The notes under the pieces are model-generated. The model saw only the letters and a program-made list of their open reading frames with translations. It had not been told where the DNA came from and searched no databases. Shown here one piece after another: positions 18,458-28,316 of a DNA stretch of 64,000 nt. The stretch's first letter is position 1, and each line of letters starts with the position of its first letter. Source of the DNA: Myxococcales bacterium (lineage in GTDB: Bacteria; Myxococcota_A; Polyangia; Haliangiales; Haliangiaceae); the NCBI GenBank assembly GCA_016707895.1, contig JADJGV010000002.1, positions 463,695-527,694 of the forward strand, in the 5' to 3' direction. Position numbers and translations under genes: made by a program.

Positions 18458-19267
18458 ATGGGTATCCGCGCGGCGTCTGTGGTGGTGATCCTCGGATCGC
18501 TGGCTGGTTGTCCTCACCAGGACGAGGATCCGATCATCGACGCGCCGCTCACCTGCGACCCGGTCGACGACCAGAACCCGTGCACCCTCGACGAGTGCGA
18601 CGGCCCGACGCCGATCCACACGCCGCGCACCGGCGCGAGCTGCACCGGCGGCACCTGCACCGCGCAGGGCACCTGCACCGGCGACACCTGCGGCGACGGC
18701 GACGTCACCGGCGTCGAGCAGTGCGACGATCAGAACACCACGCCGGCCGACGGCTGCAACGCGCAGTGCCGCACCGAGCCGAGCGAGCGCGAGCCCAACG
18801 ACGACGGCACGCCGAACGAAGGCATGGGCTCGGTCGACCCCGGCGGCAACGACTTCGACGCGACCGCGGTCACCAACGCCAACGCGCAGGCCGCGCAGGT
18901 GCCGCTCGACGTCGCCAGCGGCGCGCTGCTGAGCGTGCTGGCCGCGATGAGGCCGCCCGGCGACGAGGACGTGTTCGCGGTGACCAACAGCGGCGCCGCG
19001 CCGCGCGCGGTGAAGTTCGACGTCTGGCTGCGCCTGGCGACGTTCGGCTACGGCCGCTCGTGCGGCATCACGATGGACGCCAGCCTGACCATCCGCGACG
19101 CCGCCGGCGCGATCCTCGCGCAGAACGACGACCGCAACCCGAGCAGCGACCGCTGCCCCGGCCTGACCTACACCGTCGGCGCCGGCCAGACCGTCTACGC
19201 CCAGGTCGTCGAGTACGGCGACAACACGCTCGTGAACTCGTACGCGATCACGTTCGAGCCGATGTAG
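18458..19267 (+). CDS. Secreted lipoprotein with myxobacterial Cys-rich repeat (DUF4215-like) and a pre-peptidase-C-terminal-like domain
   Basis: Lipobox ILGSLAGC; repeat TCGDGDVTGVEQCDDQNTTPADGCNAQC; C-terminal beta-rich domain. Confidence 0.7.
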   Translation: MGIRAASVVVILGSLAGCPHQDEDPIIDAPLTCDPVDDQNPCTLDECDGPTPIHTPRTGASCTGGTCTAQGTCTGDTCGDGDVTGVEQCDDQNTTPADGCNAQCRTEPSEREPNDDGTPNEGMGSVDPGGNDFDATAVTNANAQAAQVPLDVASGALLSVLAAMRPPGDEDVFAVTNSGAAPRAVKFDVWLRLATFGYGRSCGITMDASLTIRDAAGAILAQNDDRNPSSDRCPGLTYTVGAGQTVYAQVVEYGDNTLVNSYAITFEPM

Positions 19268-19280
19268 CCGCCGCGCGCGG

Positions 19281-21176
19281 CTACGGCTTCACGAAGATGC
19301 ACGAGCGCAGCGTCGGCACGGTGCCGCCGCTGCAGTTGCCCAGCCCGTCGACGTAGCCGGCCGGCGGCGACCAGCTCTTGGGGTTGTCGCGGTTGATCGC
19401 GACGAAGACCTCGTCGCTGCCGTCGCTGACCTTGTAGACCCAGTACCAGTCCTCGACGACGACGTTGGTGCGCACGCCGCGCCGCAGCGCCGGGTGCTGG
19501 GCGCGCAGCGTGCCGGCCTTGCGGGCGTGGGCCAGGGTCGCCAGCTCGTCGGCCGACAGCCCGTCGAAGCGCTGCATCTTGCGGTTGTCGGGGTCCGGGC
19601 CGCCCTCGGTCCCGATGTCGTCGCCCTGGTACAGCATCGGGATGTTGCCCGGCGACGTGAACAGGAACGTCAGCGCCAGCCGCAGCCGCTCGTGGCCGCC
19701 GCCGTTGCTCCGGGCCTCGGTCAGCGCGCGCACCTGATCGTGGTTGCCGAAGAAGTTGCCCATGATCGCGCCCGGGTACCCGCCGCGGCCGCCCATCGTG
19801 TCCTGCGGCGTGAGGTACGCGGTGTCGTTGCCGATCGCGAAGTCGGCCAGGTTGCGCATGCTGGCGCCGAAGGTGAGCAGCGACGCCTTGGTCTGGTTGT
19901 AGTAGCCCTCGTCGACCTGGCCCTGCACCATGTCGGGCCGCACGTGGTAGCGGGCCCAGCCGCCGAGCGACTCGCCGACCATGTAGAACACCGTCGGCTC
20001 CTCGGACAGCTCGTGGTGCTGCACCGTGGTCTCGATCTCGGCGACCACCGCCGCCTTGAGCGCGCGCACGAACACGTCGTCCATGTGCTTGAGCGCGTCG
20101 GCGCGGAACCCGTCGAGGTCGAACTCCTGGATCATCCACAGCGCGTGATCGACCACCGCGCGCACCGCGTCGGGGTGGCCGCCGTAGTCGAAGTCGGGCA
20201 TGTCGGTGGTGAACCAGCAGCCGATCCGCGCCACGTCCCAGCGGTTGTCGCAGGCGTTGTAGCCGAAGAACCAGCCGGGGTGATCGGCGTACAGCCGCGC
20301 CTCCTTGTGGACGTGGTTGACGACGAAGTCGGGGATGACCCGCATGCCGCGCAGGTGGGCCTCGCGCACCAGCTCGTGCAGCTCGGCGGCGGTGCCGAAC
20401 GCCGGCTCGATCGGCGTCGCGTAGCCGAGGTCGTCGCGGTCGGTGTAGCCGGTCGCGATCGGGTGGTACGAGTGGTAGCTGGCGAACCGCCGCGGATCGC
20501 TCAGCCCCACCGACGGCTGCGAGTTGTGCGAGTTGATGATCGGCGAGCTGATCCACAGCGTGTTCACGCCGAGCGCGTCGAAGTAGCCCTCGCGGAGCTT
20601 GGCGGTGATGCCGGCGAAGTCGCCGCCCTGCCAGCGGCTGCGCGGGTCGTCGACGCGGCCCAGGTCGCCGGCCCCGTTGTCGAGGTTGTTGCGGCTGTCG
20701 CCGTCAGCGAAGCGGTCGGTGAGGATCTGGTAGAGGATCGCGTCCCGCCAGCCGAAGTCGGCGTAGCCGCCCGGGCCGATCCACAGCGGCGCGAACAGCG
20801 CGCGCGGGCGCTCGCCGGTGGTCGTGCGCGCGCGCACCAGCACGCTGTACTTGCCGGGCGCCAGGTCGTGGGCGGTCAGCGTCCAGGTCGAGGTCGCGGC
20901 GTCGAAGCCCTGGCTGGCCGGCACGTCGTCACCGGCGATCCGCAGCTCGGTCTGGTCGACGTCGATGGTCCCGGCGCCCGTGTAGCGCGCCACGACCGAG
21001 TAGCCGGTGTCGGTGGTCGCGGTGCACAGCTCGAAGTCGCCGACCGGGCGGAACTGGTCGCAGGTCCGCGGGCAGGCCGGGTCGCCCGGCAGGCACGGAT
21101 CGTCGATCGTCGGCTCGTTGCTCGCGGGGCACGCGGCGGTGTACAGCAGGCCGAGGGTCGCGAGGACGGAGCGCAT
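19281..21176 (-). CDS. Alpha-amylase-family glycoside hydrolase (GH13) lipoprotein
   Basis: C-terminal 631 aa of ORF 19281..22664 starting MRSVLATLGLLYTAAC. GH13 motifs DFVVNHV, GFRADALKHM, FGNHD; upstream part of the ORF is antisense to the sigma-54 activator. Confidence 0.8.
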   Translation of the reverse strand: MRSVLATLGLLYTAACPASNEPTIDDPCLPGDPACPRTCDQFRPVGDFELCTATTDTGYSVVARYTGAGTIDVDQTELRIAGDDVPASQGFDAATSTWTLTAHDLAPGKYSVLVRARTTTGERPRALFAPLWIGPGGYADFGWRDAILYQILTDRFADGDSRNNLDNGAGDLGRVDDPRSRWQGGDFAGITAKLREGYFDALGVNTLWISSPIINSHNSQPSVGLSDPRRFASYHSYHPIATGYTDRDDLGYATPIEPAFGTAAELHELVREAHLRGMRVIPDFVVNHVHKEARLYADHPGWFFGYNACDNRWDVARIGCWFTTDMPDFDYGGHPDAVRAVVDHALWMIQEFDLDGFRADALKHMDDVFVRALKAAVVAEIETTVQHHELSEEPTVFYMVGESLGGWARYHVRPDMVQGQVDEGYYNQTKASLLTFGASMRNLADFAIGNDTAYLTPQDTMGGRGGYPGAIMGNFFGNHDQVRALTEARSNGGGHERLRLALTFLFTSPGNIPMLYQGDDIGTEGGPDPDNRKMQRFDGLSADELATLAHARKAGTLRAQHPALRRGVRTNVVVEDWYWVYKVSDGSDEVFVAINRDNPKSWSPPAGYVDGLGNCSGGTVPTLRSCIFVKP

Positions 21177-21305
21177 GCGGGTCCCCCAAGCATAAGCCGT
21201 GCTCGCGCCGCGCGGATCCGCCGAAGTGAGTCCGCCTACTTGCGCTGGGGCCAGGGTCAAGGGGCGTTGCCGATCGCAACGGCGCCCCCGTGGTAGCGTC
21301 GCCGG

Positions 21306-22775
21306 GTGACCGTCGCCGACCTCGAGCAGGCGCTGGCCGAGGCGCGGCCCGAGGCCATCGAGCGCGCGGTGGTGGCGGCCGCGCTGGCCGCCACCGGGGC
21401 CACGATCGGGGCGCTGTTCGTGTGGGACAAGAAGGCGCGGGGCCTGGTGCTGTCGCACCACCTGGTCGAGGGGCTGGTGGTCACGCTGCCGGACCGGGTC
21501 ATCCGCACCGACGACCGCCCGGGCATCGCCGGCTGGGCCTTCGAGCACGACGCGCCGTACCTGTGCCGCGACAGCGCCAGCGATCCGCACTACACCCGCT
21601 ACCTGCTCGACGTGCGCGCGATCGCCGCGGCGCCGGTGCGCTGGCAGCAGAAGCCGATCGGCGTGATCACCGTGGCCAGCCGCGCCGAGCCGCTGGCCAA
21701 GGACGTGCTGAAGACGCTGGGCGACCTGGCCACGGCCGCCGCGCGGTTCGTGCGCCGGGCCCAGGCCGATCGCCAGAGCCGCGAGGAGACCGGGCGGCCG
21801 TTCTTGATCGGCGGGCTGTCGCCGGAGTGGCGCGAGGTCGAGCGCCGCATCGAGCTGGCGTCGCCGACCCGCGCGCCGATCTTGTTGCGCGGCGAGAGCG
21901 GCACCGGCAAGGACCTCGTCGCGCGGGCGATCCACGGCGCCAGCCGCCGCGCCGATCGGCCGTTCGTGACGGTCAACTGCGCGGCGATCCCCGAGACGTT
22001 GCTCGAGAGCATCTTGTTCGGCCACGTCCGCGGCGCGTTCACCGGCGCGACCAACGAGAAGGTCGGCGAGTTCCAGAAGGCCGACGGTGGCACGCTGTTC
22101 CTCGACGAGGTCGGCGAGCTGCCGGTGGCGCTGCAGGCCAAGGTGCTGCGCGCGGTCGAGCAGGGCGAGGTGCAGCCGCTGGGCTCGAACGCGGCGCCGC
22201 AGCGGGTCGACGTGCGCCTGGTCGCGGCGACCAACCGCGACCTCGAGGCGATGGTGGCCGACGGCCGGTTCCGCGACGACCTGTACTACCGGCTCGGCGT
22301 GATGACGCTCGAGCTGCCGCCGCTGCGCCGCTACAAGGAGCAGCTCGAGGTGATGGCGTCGGTGTTCGTCGAGGAGGCCGCGCTGCGCCACGGCAAGCTC
22401 GCGCCGCGCCTGACCCCGGCGGCGATGGCGCGGCTGGCGGCCTACGACTTCCCCGGCAACGTCCGCGAGCTGCGCAACGCCGTCGAGCACGCGGTGATCC
22501 TGGCGACCGGGCCCGAGATCAGCCCCGACGATCTGCCGCGGCCGTTCCAGGTGGCGGCCCCGCGCAAGCCGGCGCGACCGGCGCGGCCGAAGCTGGCGGC
22601 GCTGCGCGAACAGTGGCTGGCGCCGCTCGAGCGCCGCTACCTGATCGAGCTGCTGGCCGAGCACCGCGGGAGCGTCCGCGCGGCCGCGACGGCGGCCGGC
22701 GTCGATCCGGTGACGCTGTACCGGCTCTTGCGCAAGCGCGGCGTGGCGCTGCGGCGCGTCGCCGACGACGAGTGA
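21306..22775 (+). CDS. Sigma-54-dependent transcriptional activator (GAF, AAA+ sigma-54 interaction domain, Fis-type HTH)
   Basis: GTG start. Walker [15 protein letters not shown] motif, ESILFGH, C-terminal HTH ([21 protein letters not shown]). Confidence 0.9.
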   Translation: MTVADLEQALAEARPEAIERAVVAAALAATGATIGALFVWDKKARGLVLSHHLVEGLVVTLPDRVIRTDDRPGIAGWAFEHDAPYLCRDSASDPHYTRYLLDVRAIAAAPVRWQQKPIGVITVASRAEPLAKDVLKTLGDLATAAARFVRRAQADRQSREETGRPFLIGGLSPEWREVERRIELASPTRAPILLRGESGTGKDLVARAIHGASRRADRPFVTVNCAAIPETLLESILFGHVRGAFTGATNEKVGEFQKADGGTLFLDEVGELPVALQAKVLRAVEQGEVQPLGSNAAPQRVDVRLVAATNRDLEAMVADGRFRDDLYYRLGVMTLELPPLRRYKEQLEVMASVFVEEAALRHGKLAPRLTPAAMARLAAYDFPGNVRELRNAVEHAVILATGPEISPDDLPRPFQVAAPRKPARPARPKLAALREQWLAPLERRYLIELLAEHRGSVRAAATAAGVDPVTLYRLLRKRGVALRRVADDE

Positions 22776-22862
22776 GCGACCGCGGAGCCGGTGTCGGGAG
22801 AGGGAGACCGGACCGGCGGCGAGGCCCCCCTCGCGCCTCGCCGCCAGCCGGTGGAGATCGGG

Positions 22863-23030
22863 TCAGCGACCGTCGGGCGTCGGCGGGGTCGCGATGCGCG
22901 CGCCGTCCTGGCCGAGCAGGGCCGGGACGCTGTCGCCGCGGGTGCGCGGCTGCATGCGGCGCTGGTGGAGCGGCTCGAGGGCCGGGGTGTCGCGGCGGGT
23001 GGGGCCGTCGGAGCGGACGATGATCGACAT
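22863..23030 (-). CDS. Possible small ORF (55 aa), uncertain
   Basis: Strong GC3 bias and a GAGG 8 nt upstream, 13 nt after the YegP-repeat gene stop. Arg/Pro-rich composition makes a spurious ORF plausible. Confidence 0.25.
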   Translation of the reverse strand: MSIIVRSDGPTRRDTPALEPLHQRRMQPRTRGDSVPALLGQDGARIATPPTPDGR

Positions 23031-23044
23031 GGTGGGCCTCGCGA

Positions 23045-23824
23045 TCAGAGGAGGACGACGGTGGGGATGAGCGCGATCAGCGAGTCGCGCGCGCGCTCGG
23101 CGTTGGCCTTGCTCGCGTAGACCTCGCTGGTGCCGATGACCTGGCCGTTGGTCGCGGTCAGGTTGAGGTACGCGCCGCCGTTGCTCGAGGCGAGCACCTG
23201 GTAGCGGGCGGCGCTGGCGCCGTTGTCGAGGACCGCGAACGCGCCGTTGAGCGCGGCGGCCTCGCTGTCGTAGCGCTCCGAGCGCAGCACGATCGCGCCG
23301 TTGCCGGCGTGGAGGTTCCAGTAGTGCTTGCCGCCGGCGTCGAGGTGGATCGCGAAGCGGCGCCCGGTCGCGGTGGCCCACGCGGTGCGGTAGGTGCTGA
23401 CCGCGCCGACCGTGGCGGTCAGCGTCGCCTGCGCGGCGGCGGCGGTCGCCTGGACGCCGCTGGTGCCGATGAGCTCGCCGTTGACCGCCTTGAGGGTCAC
23501 CAGCGCGCGACCGTCGGTGGTCGGCTTGACCTCGTACCGCGCGGCGGTGGCGCCGTTGCTCAGCACCGACAGCAGGCCGGTCAGCGCGGCGGTGCGGCTC
23601 GAGTAGCCCTCGGAGGTGAGCAGCAGCGCGCCCTTGGCGTCGACCAGGCGGAACCGGAACTGCGCGTCGCTGCTCTTCCACAGCGCGAACGACGGGCGGC
23701 TGGAGGTGTCGGCCCAGGTCAGGGCCTCGGAGGTGTCGGCGGTGTCGACGGTCGACTCGTCCACGCAGCCGGCGGCGGCGGTGGCGAGCATCAGGGCGGT
23801 GAGGGCGGTCAGCAGGCGGCGCAT
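23045..23824 (-). CDS. Lipoprotein with four tandem YegP/DUF1508 (UPF0339) repeats
   Basis: Internal start M53 of ORF 23045..23980 (MRRLLTALTALMLATAAAGC). Four repeats of the form FxxxLxxxNGxxxxxSExYxSxxAAxxGxxxV. Confidence 0.75.
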   Translation of the reverse strand: MRRLLTALTALMLATAAAGCVDESTVDTADTSEALTWADTSSRPSFALWKSSDAQFRFRLVDAKGALLLTSEGYSSRTAALTGLLSVLSNGATAARYEVKPTTDGRALVTLKAVNGELIGTSGVQATAAAAQATLTATVGAVSTYRTAWATATGRRFAIHLDAGGKHYWNLHAGNGAIVLRSERYDSEAAALNGAFAVLDNGASAARYQVLASSNGGAYLNLTATNGQVIGTSEVYASKANAERARDSLIALIPTVVLL

Positions 23825-23841
23825 GGTTGCGTCGCCATTCA

Positions 23842-23857
23842 GCAAGGTCGGGGCCAG
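23842..23857 (-). promoter_or_regulatory. Candidate sigma-54 (-24/-12) promoter for the YegP-repeat lipoprotein gene
   Basis: Minus-strand sequence cTGGCCCCGACCTTGCTgaatggcgacgcaaccATG matches TGGCAC-N5-TTGCW spacing (GG and GC correctly placed). The start codon is only about 17 nt after the -12 element, so the leader would be very short. Confidence 0.35.
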
Positions 23858-24053
23858 CTGGAAGATGCTGTAAGTACCTGCAACTCCTTCATGCTTGAGG
23901 CCTCGTTTGTTGCTGCATCGACGCGACAATAGAGTCCATGCAACATGTGTTGCATCGGCGCACCAAGTGGAATTCCGCACGCGCGGCGCGGTGGGGCGTC
24001 GCGGGTCGGCGCCCTGAGTCGCCCGTGTTGCTCAGGGCGAGTACGATGCGGCA

Positions 24054-27000
24054 ATGCGGGCTCGCTGGCTGTGTCCTACCGTGGCGCTCTGGGTGGCGGC
24101 GTGCGGTCCGTCCGACGGGCCCAACCGGCCGCCGACGGTGGCCGGCAGCCCGGCGACCACCGCGGAGGACGCGCCGGTGACGATCGCGGTCACCGCCGCC
24201 GATCCCGACGGCGACACGCTCGAGTACCGCTACGCGACGCCGGCCCACGGCACCGTGACCGGCAGCGGCGCGTCGTTCATCTACACGCCCGTGGCCGACT
24301 ACCACGGCACCGACGCGGTGACGGTGACGGTGCTCGACGGCGAGGCCCAGGCGACCGCGACGATCTCGATCACGGTGACGCCGGTGAACGACGCCCCGGC
24401 GGTCGCCCCCGATACGCTGGTCGCGCTCGAGCACACCGCGCTCGACACCCCGCTGACCACGCTGCTGAGCAACGACGTCGACGTCGACGGCGACCCGCTC
24501 GCGGTCACCGCGGTGGCCACCGCCTCGACCGGCACCGCCGTCATCGTCGGCGATCAGGTCCGCTACACGCCGCCGGCGGGCTTCCTGGGCGCCGCGACCT
24601 TCGACTACACGGTGTCGGACGGCCAGGCCACGGGCACCGGCACGGTCACGGTCAACGTCACCGCCGTCGACGATCCCCCGGTCGCCGGCGACGACGCCGC
24701 GACCACCGTCGAGGACACCGCGCTGCCGCTGACCGCCGCGTCGCTCTTGGCCAACGACACCGATCCCGAGGGCGGGGCGCTGTCGCTCACCGCGGTCGGC
24801 AACGCCACCAACGGCACCGTCGCGCTCGCCGGCACGACGGTCACGTTCACGCCGGCCGGCGACTTCAACGGCAGCGCGAGCTTCGAGTACACCGTCTCCG
24901 ACGGCGTCGGCGCCGACACGGCCACCGTGACCGTGACGATCACCGGCGCACCCGACGCCCCGGTCGCCATCGACGACGCGATCACCGCGACCGAGGACCA
25001 GCCGGCGACGCTCATCGCTGCGACGCTGGCGGCCAACGACACCGACGCCGACGGCGACGCGCTGACGGTGACCGCCGTCGGTGCGCCGAGCGGCGGCGCG
25101 GTGGCGCTGGTCGGCGGCACGATCACCTTCACGCCGGCGCCCAACCTCACCGGCACCGCCGGCTTCGACTACACCGTGTCCGACGGCGCCCGCACCGACG
25201 TCGGCCACGTCACGGTCACGGTGGGCGCGGTCCCCGACGCCCCGGTCGCCGGCGACGACACCGCCACGGCCGCCGAGGACACGCCGCTGGCCATCACCGG
25301 CGCGACGCTGACCGCCAACGACGTCGACGTCGACGGCCCGGCGCTGACGGTGACCGCGGTCGCCGGCGCGGTCCACGGCGCCGTGGTGCTGACCGGCGCG
25401 ACGATCACCTTCACGCCCGACGCCGACTACGTCGGCCCCGCCGGCTTCGACTACACGGTCTCGGACGGCGCGCTCAGCGACGTCGGCCACGTCGCGATCA
25501 CCGTGACGCCGGTGAACGATCCGCCGGTGGCGGTCGACGATGTCGCGACCACCGCCGAGGACACCCCGCTGGCCCTGGCCGGGGCGACGCTGGCGGCCAA
25601 CGACACCGACGTCGACGGTCCGGGCCGCACGGTGGTCGCGGTCGCCGCGCCGCAACACGGCACCGTGGCGCTCGCCGGCGGCACCGTGACGTTCACGCCC
25701 GAGGCCAACTACGTCGGCCCGGCGGCGTTCGACTACACCGTGTCCGACGGCAGCTTGGTCGACGTCGGCACCGTCGCCGTCACGGTCACGCCGGTCAACG
25801 ACGCGCCGGTGGCGGTCGCCGGTAGCGCCACGACCAACGAGGCGACGCCGGTGGTGATCACGCTGACCGCCACCGACCTCGACTCACCGAGCGTCACGTT
25901 CACGCCGGCGGCGCCGTCGGTGGGCGCGCTCGGCGCGGTCACGCCGGCGGGGCCGTTCAGCGCCACGGTCACCTTCACGCCGCCGCTCGGCTTCGACGGC
26001 ACCGCGACGTTCGCCTTCACCGCGTCGGATGGCGCGCTGACGTCGGCGCCAGCGACGATGGCGATCACCGTCGTCAACGTGCCGGTGTGCAACGACGGCC
26101 TGGTCGAGGGCAGCGAGGGCTGCGACGATCAGGGCAACGCCGCCGGCGACGGCTGCTCGCCGACGTGCGCGGTCGAGGTCGGCTGGACCTGCGCCGGCGC
26201 CCCCAGCGCGTGCGACGAGATCTGCGGCGACGGCATGATGGTCGGCGCCGAGGCCTGCGACGACAACAACCTGATCAGCACCGACGGCTGCACCGCGCAG
26301 TGCGTGCTCGCGCCGCCGTGCGACGGCGCCCGCTTCCCGGGCGGCGACCGCTTCGCCACCAACCCGACCACCGGCGCGTGCTACGTCGGCTTCGACGACG
26401 ACCTCGACAGCCAGGCCGCCGCGCAGGCCGCTTGCGTGGCGGGCGCCGGCCACCTGGCGACGATCACCAGCGCCTTCGAGCAGGGCCTGGTGACTGCGGC
26501 CGCCAGCGACGCCCAGAATCCGTGGATCGGCGCCACCGACGACGCCAACGACACCGACGCGGTCTTCGCGTGGGTGACCGGCGAGCCGTGGGGCTTCGCC
26601 AACTTCGCGCCGGGCCAGCCCGACGACGACGTCGGGGTCGGCGGCAACGGCGAGTGCCTGCACCTGCTCAACGCCGCCGGCCAATGGAACGACACCAACT
26701 GCGCCGCCACCGGCTTCGTGGTCGGCCGGGTGTGCGAGTACGAGCCGCGCTGCGGCGACGGGGTGATCCAGCCGGCGCAGAGCGAGACCTGCGACGACGG
26801 CAACAGCGTCAGCTTCGACGGGTGCTCGGCCACCTGCCGGGTCGAGACGCTGTTCTTCAGCGAGTACGTCGAGGGCTCCGGCGGCACCAACAAGGCGGTC
26901 GAGATCGCCAACCCGTCGCTGACCCCCCGCAACCTGACCGGTTGCTCGCTGCGGCTGTACACCAACGGCTCGCCGACCCCGAGCAACACCGTCGCGCTCA

Positions 27001-27353
27001 CCCAGACGATCGCCGGCGGCGACGTGCTGGTGGTGTGCAACCCGTCGTCGGTCGCCGCGATCCTGGGCCAGTGTGACCTGCAGAGCAACGCGGTGGCCAA
27101 CTGGAACGGCGACGACGCGATCGAGCTGTTCTGCGGTAGCGCCAGCGTCGACGTGGTCGGGCGAGCTCCGGCGTCGATCCGGGCGCGCTGGGGCACCGCG
27201 CCGACCTCGACGCTCGATCAGACGCTGCGTCGCAAGTGCTCGGTGAGCGTCGGCGACGCCAACGGCACCAACGCGTTCAACCCGGCGACGGAGTGGACCA
27301 GCCTCGGCACCAACGTGTTCACCGACCTCGGCGTCCGCTCGTGCAGCCCCTAA
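24054..27353 (+). CDS. Large surface lipoprotein: about seven tandem 95-aa cadherin-like/Ig-like repeats, Cys-rich repeats, C-type lectin domain, C-terminal lamin-tail domain (LTD)
   Basis: 1099 aa; lipobox ALWVAACG. Repeat consensus ...ATTxEDTPLxxxxAxLLANDTDxDGDxLTVTAV...GTVAL.GGTVTFTP...FDYTVSDG...VTVTVTPVNDAPVA. CTLD signature (WIGATD...WVTGEPW...GECLHL...WNDTNC). LTD-like C-terminus (ETLFFSEYVEGSGGTNKAVEIANPS...). Confidence 0.85.
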   Translation: MRARWLCPTVALWVAACGPSDGPNRPPTVAGSPATTAEDAPVTIAVTAADPDGDTLEYRYATPAHGTVTGSGASFIYTPVADYHGTDAVTVTVLDGEAQATATISITVTPVNDAPAVAPDTLVALEHTALDTPLTTLLSNDVDVDGDPLAVTAVATASTGTAVIVGDQVRYTPPAGFLGAATFDYTVSDGQATGTGTVTVNVTAVDDPPVAGDDAATTVEDTALPLTAASLLANDTDPEGGALSLTAVGNATNGTVALAGTTVTFTPAGDFNGSASFEYTVSDGVGADTATVTVTITGAPDAPVAIDDAITATEDQPATLIAATLAANDTDADGDALTVTAVGAPSGGAVALVGGTITFTPAPNLTGTAGFDYTVSDGARTDVGHVTVTVGAVPDAPVAGDDTATAAEDTPLAITGATLTANDVDVDGPALTVTAVAGAVHGAVVLTGATITFTPDADYVGPAGFDYTVSDGALSDVGHVAITVTPVNDPPVAVDDVATTAEDTPLALAGATLAANDTDVDGPGRTVVAVAAPQHGTVALAGGTVTFTPEANYVGPAAFDYTVSDGSLVDVGTVAVTVTPVNDAPVAVAGSATTNEATPVVITLTATDLDSPSVTFTPAAPSVGALGAVTPAGPFSATVTFTPPLGFDGTATFAFTASDGALTSAPATMAITVVNVPVCNDGLVEGSEGCDDQGNAAGDGCSPTCAVEVGWTCAGAPSACDEICGDGMMVGAEACDDNNLISTDGCTAQCVLAPPCDGARFPGGDRFATNPTTGACYVGFDDDLDSQAAAQAACVAGAGHLATITSAFEQGLVTAAASDAQNPWIGATDDANDTDAVFAWVTGEPWGFANFAPGQPDDDVGVGGNGECLHLLNAAGQWNDTNCAATGFVVGRVCEYEPRCGDGVIQPAQSETCDDGNSVSFDGCSATCRVETLFFSEYVEGSGGTNKAVEIANPSLTPRNLTGCSLRLYTNGSPTPSNTVALTQTIAGGDVLVVCNPSSVAAILGQCDLQSNAVANWNGDDAIELFCGSASVDVVGRAPASIRARWGTAPTSTLDQTLRRKCSVSVGDANGTNAFNPATEWTSLGTNVFTDLGVRSCSP
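24130..26010 (+). repeat. Tandem coding repeats of about 285 nt (95-aa domain), about seven units, inside the adhesin gene
   Basis: Periodic protein repeats visible in the translation; generate long shadow ORFs on both strands. Confidence 0.8.
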
Positions 27354-27369
27354 CCCGTCGGGCCTCGCG

Positions 27370-28251
27370 CTACTGCAGGTCGGCGGCCGTGCGCGGCAGC
27401 AGCTGGAAGTTCATCCGCTGCGCGTAGACGCCGGTGATCGACGCGAACGCCTGGCCTGCGGTGGCCGGCACGGGGCCGGCGTTGGGGTAGACGAACGCGC
27501 GGATCGCGAGGCTTCCGGCGCCGCCGGCGGTCTTGACCACCCGGAACTCGCCGGTGGTGCCGTCGGTCGCGGCGGGCGCGGTGACGTTGGTGACCCGCAT
27601 CAGCACGCCCTCGTAGATCTCGGCGGACGCGCCGGGCTGATCGCCCGCGGTCACGTCGTCGGTGTCGGTGGCCAGCGCGTCGAAGGTGAGCGCGCCGGTC
27701 GGGATCACCAGCGGCGTCGGCGCGGTGCCGCAGCTGCCCGCGGGCTCGAGCGTGAACGCGGTCGGCGTGACCAGCTCGGTGTCGTCCTGGAACTCGAGCG
27801 TGTTGCCGGTCAGCGTGATGCAGTCGCCGATCTGGATCGCCTCCAGGCCAGGGAACTGCGCGACCTCGGCGGTCGAGATGAACAGCTGCACGCCCGCGTA
27901 CTGCGGGTAGGTGTGGCCGCCGGTGGTGACGCCGTCGGGCTCTTGCACGAAGGCCAGCAGGTTGCCGGGTGGGGTGATGCGCAGCGCGGTGACGAACACC
28001 TTGTCGATCGTCGCCGCGGCGCCGGTCGGCACCGTGCCGTCCTGCAGCTCCTGGATGCTGCGGACCGCGACCGGCGGCGCGTCGATCGCGAGCGGCGCGT
28101 CGATCGCGGCCGCGTCGATCGCGGGCGGCGCGTCGATCCGCACCGCGGCGTCGATCGCGACCGCGTCGTCGCCGCCGCACGCGGCCAGCCCGAGGGCTGC
28201 CACGATCGTGCCCGCCCGCAACCAGGTCGAGTGCTCGCCGTTCTGCGTCAT
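27370..28251 (-). CDS. Hypothetical secreted lipoprotein
   Basis: Internal start M27 of ORF 27370..28329 (MTQNGEHSTWLRAGTIVAALGLAAC); AxDA-rich linker then beta-rich domain. Confidence 0.6.
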   Translation of the reverse strand: MTQNGEHSTWLRAGTIVAALGLAACGGDDAVAIDAAVRIDAPPAIDAAAIDAPLAIDAPPVAVRSIQELQDGTVPTGAAATIDKVFVTALRITPPGNLLAFVQEPDGVTTGGHTYPQYAGVQLFISTAEVAQFPGLEAIQIGDCITLTGNTLEFQDDTELVTPTAFTLEPAGSCGTAPTPLVIPTGALTFDALATDTDDVTAGDQPGASAEIYEGVLMRVTNVTAPAATDGTTGEFRVVKTAGGAGSLAIRAFVYPNAGPVPATAGQAFASITGVYAQRMNFQLLPRTAADLQ

Positions 28252-28316
28252 GCCTGTCTCCTCCGCAACTGCAACCACGAATCGCCCGACGCGGCGCGCG
28301 TCGGATCCCCCGTCCG

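Noticed and set aside
21177-21305. Sigma-54 promoter for the amylase or the activator gene in the divergent 130-bp gap
   Set aside because: No TGGCAC-N5-TTGC match with correct spacing found on either strand by eye; only GC-rich partial matches.
19281-22664. 1127-aa minus-strand ORF treated as one gene
   Set aside because: The N-terminal about 495 aa are antisense to the sigma-54 activator and low complexity; the real gene is the 631-aa GH13 amylase starting at 21176.
23889-25825. ORFs 23889..25658(-) and 23945..25825(+)
   Set aside because: Shadow frames of the adhesin repeat region (Arg/Gly/Asp-rich).
24130-26010. Periodic repeats considered as a possible CRISPR array (also 2215..2400)
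   Set aside because: Repeats are in-frame, about 285 nt (or 15 nt) units encoding protein domain repeats, without unique spacers; no cas genes nearby.
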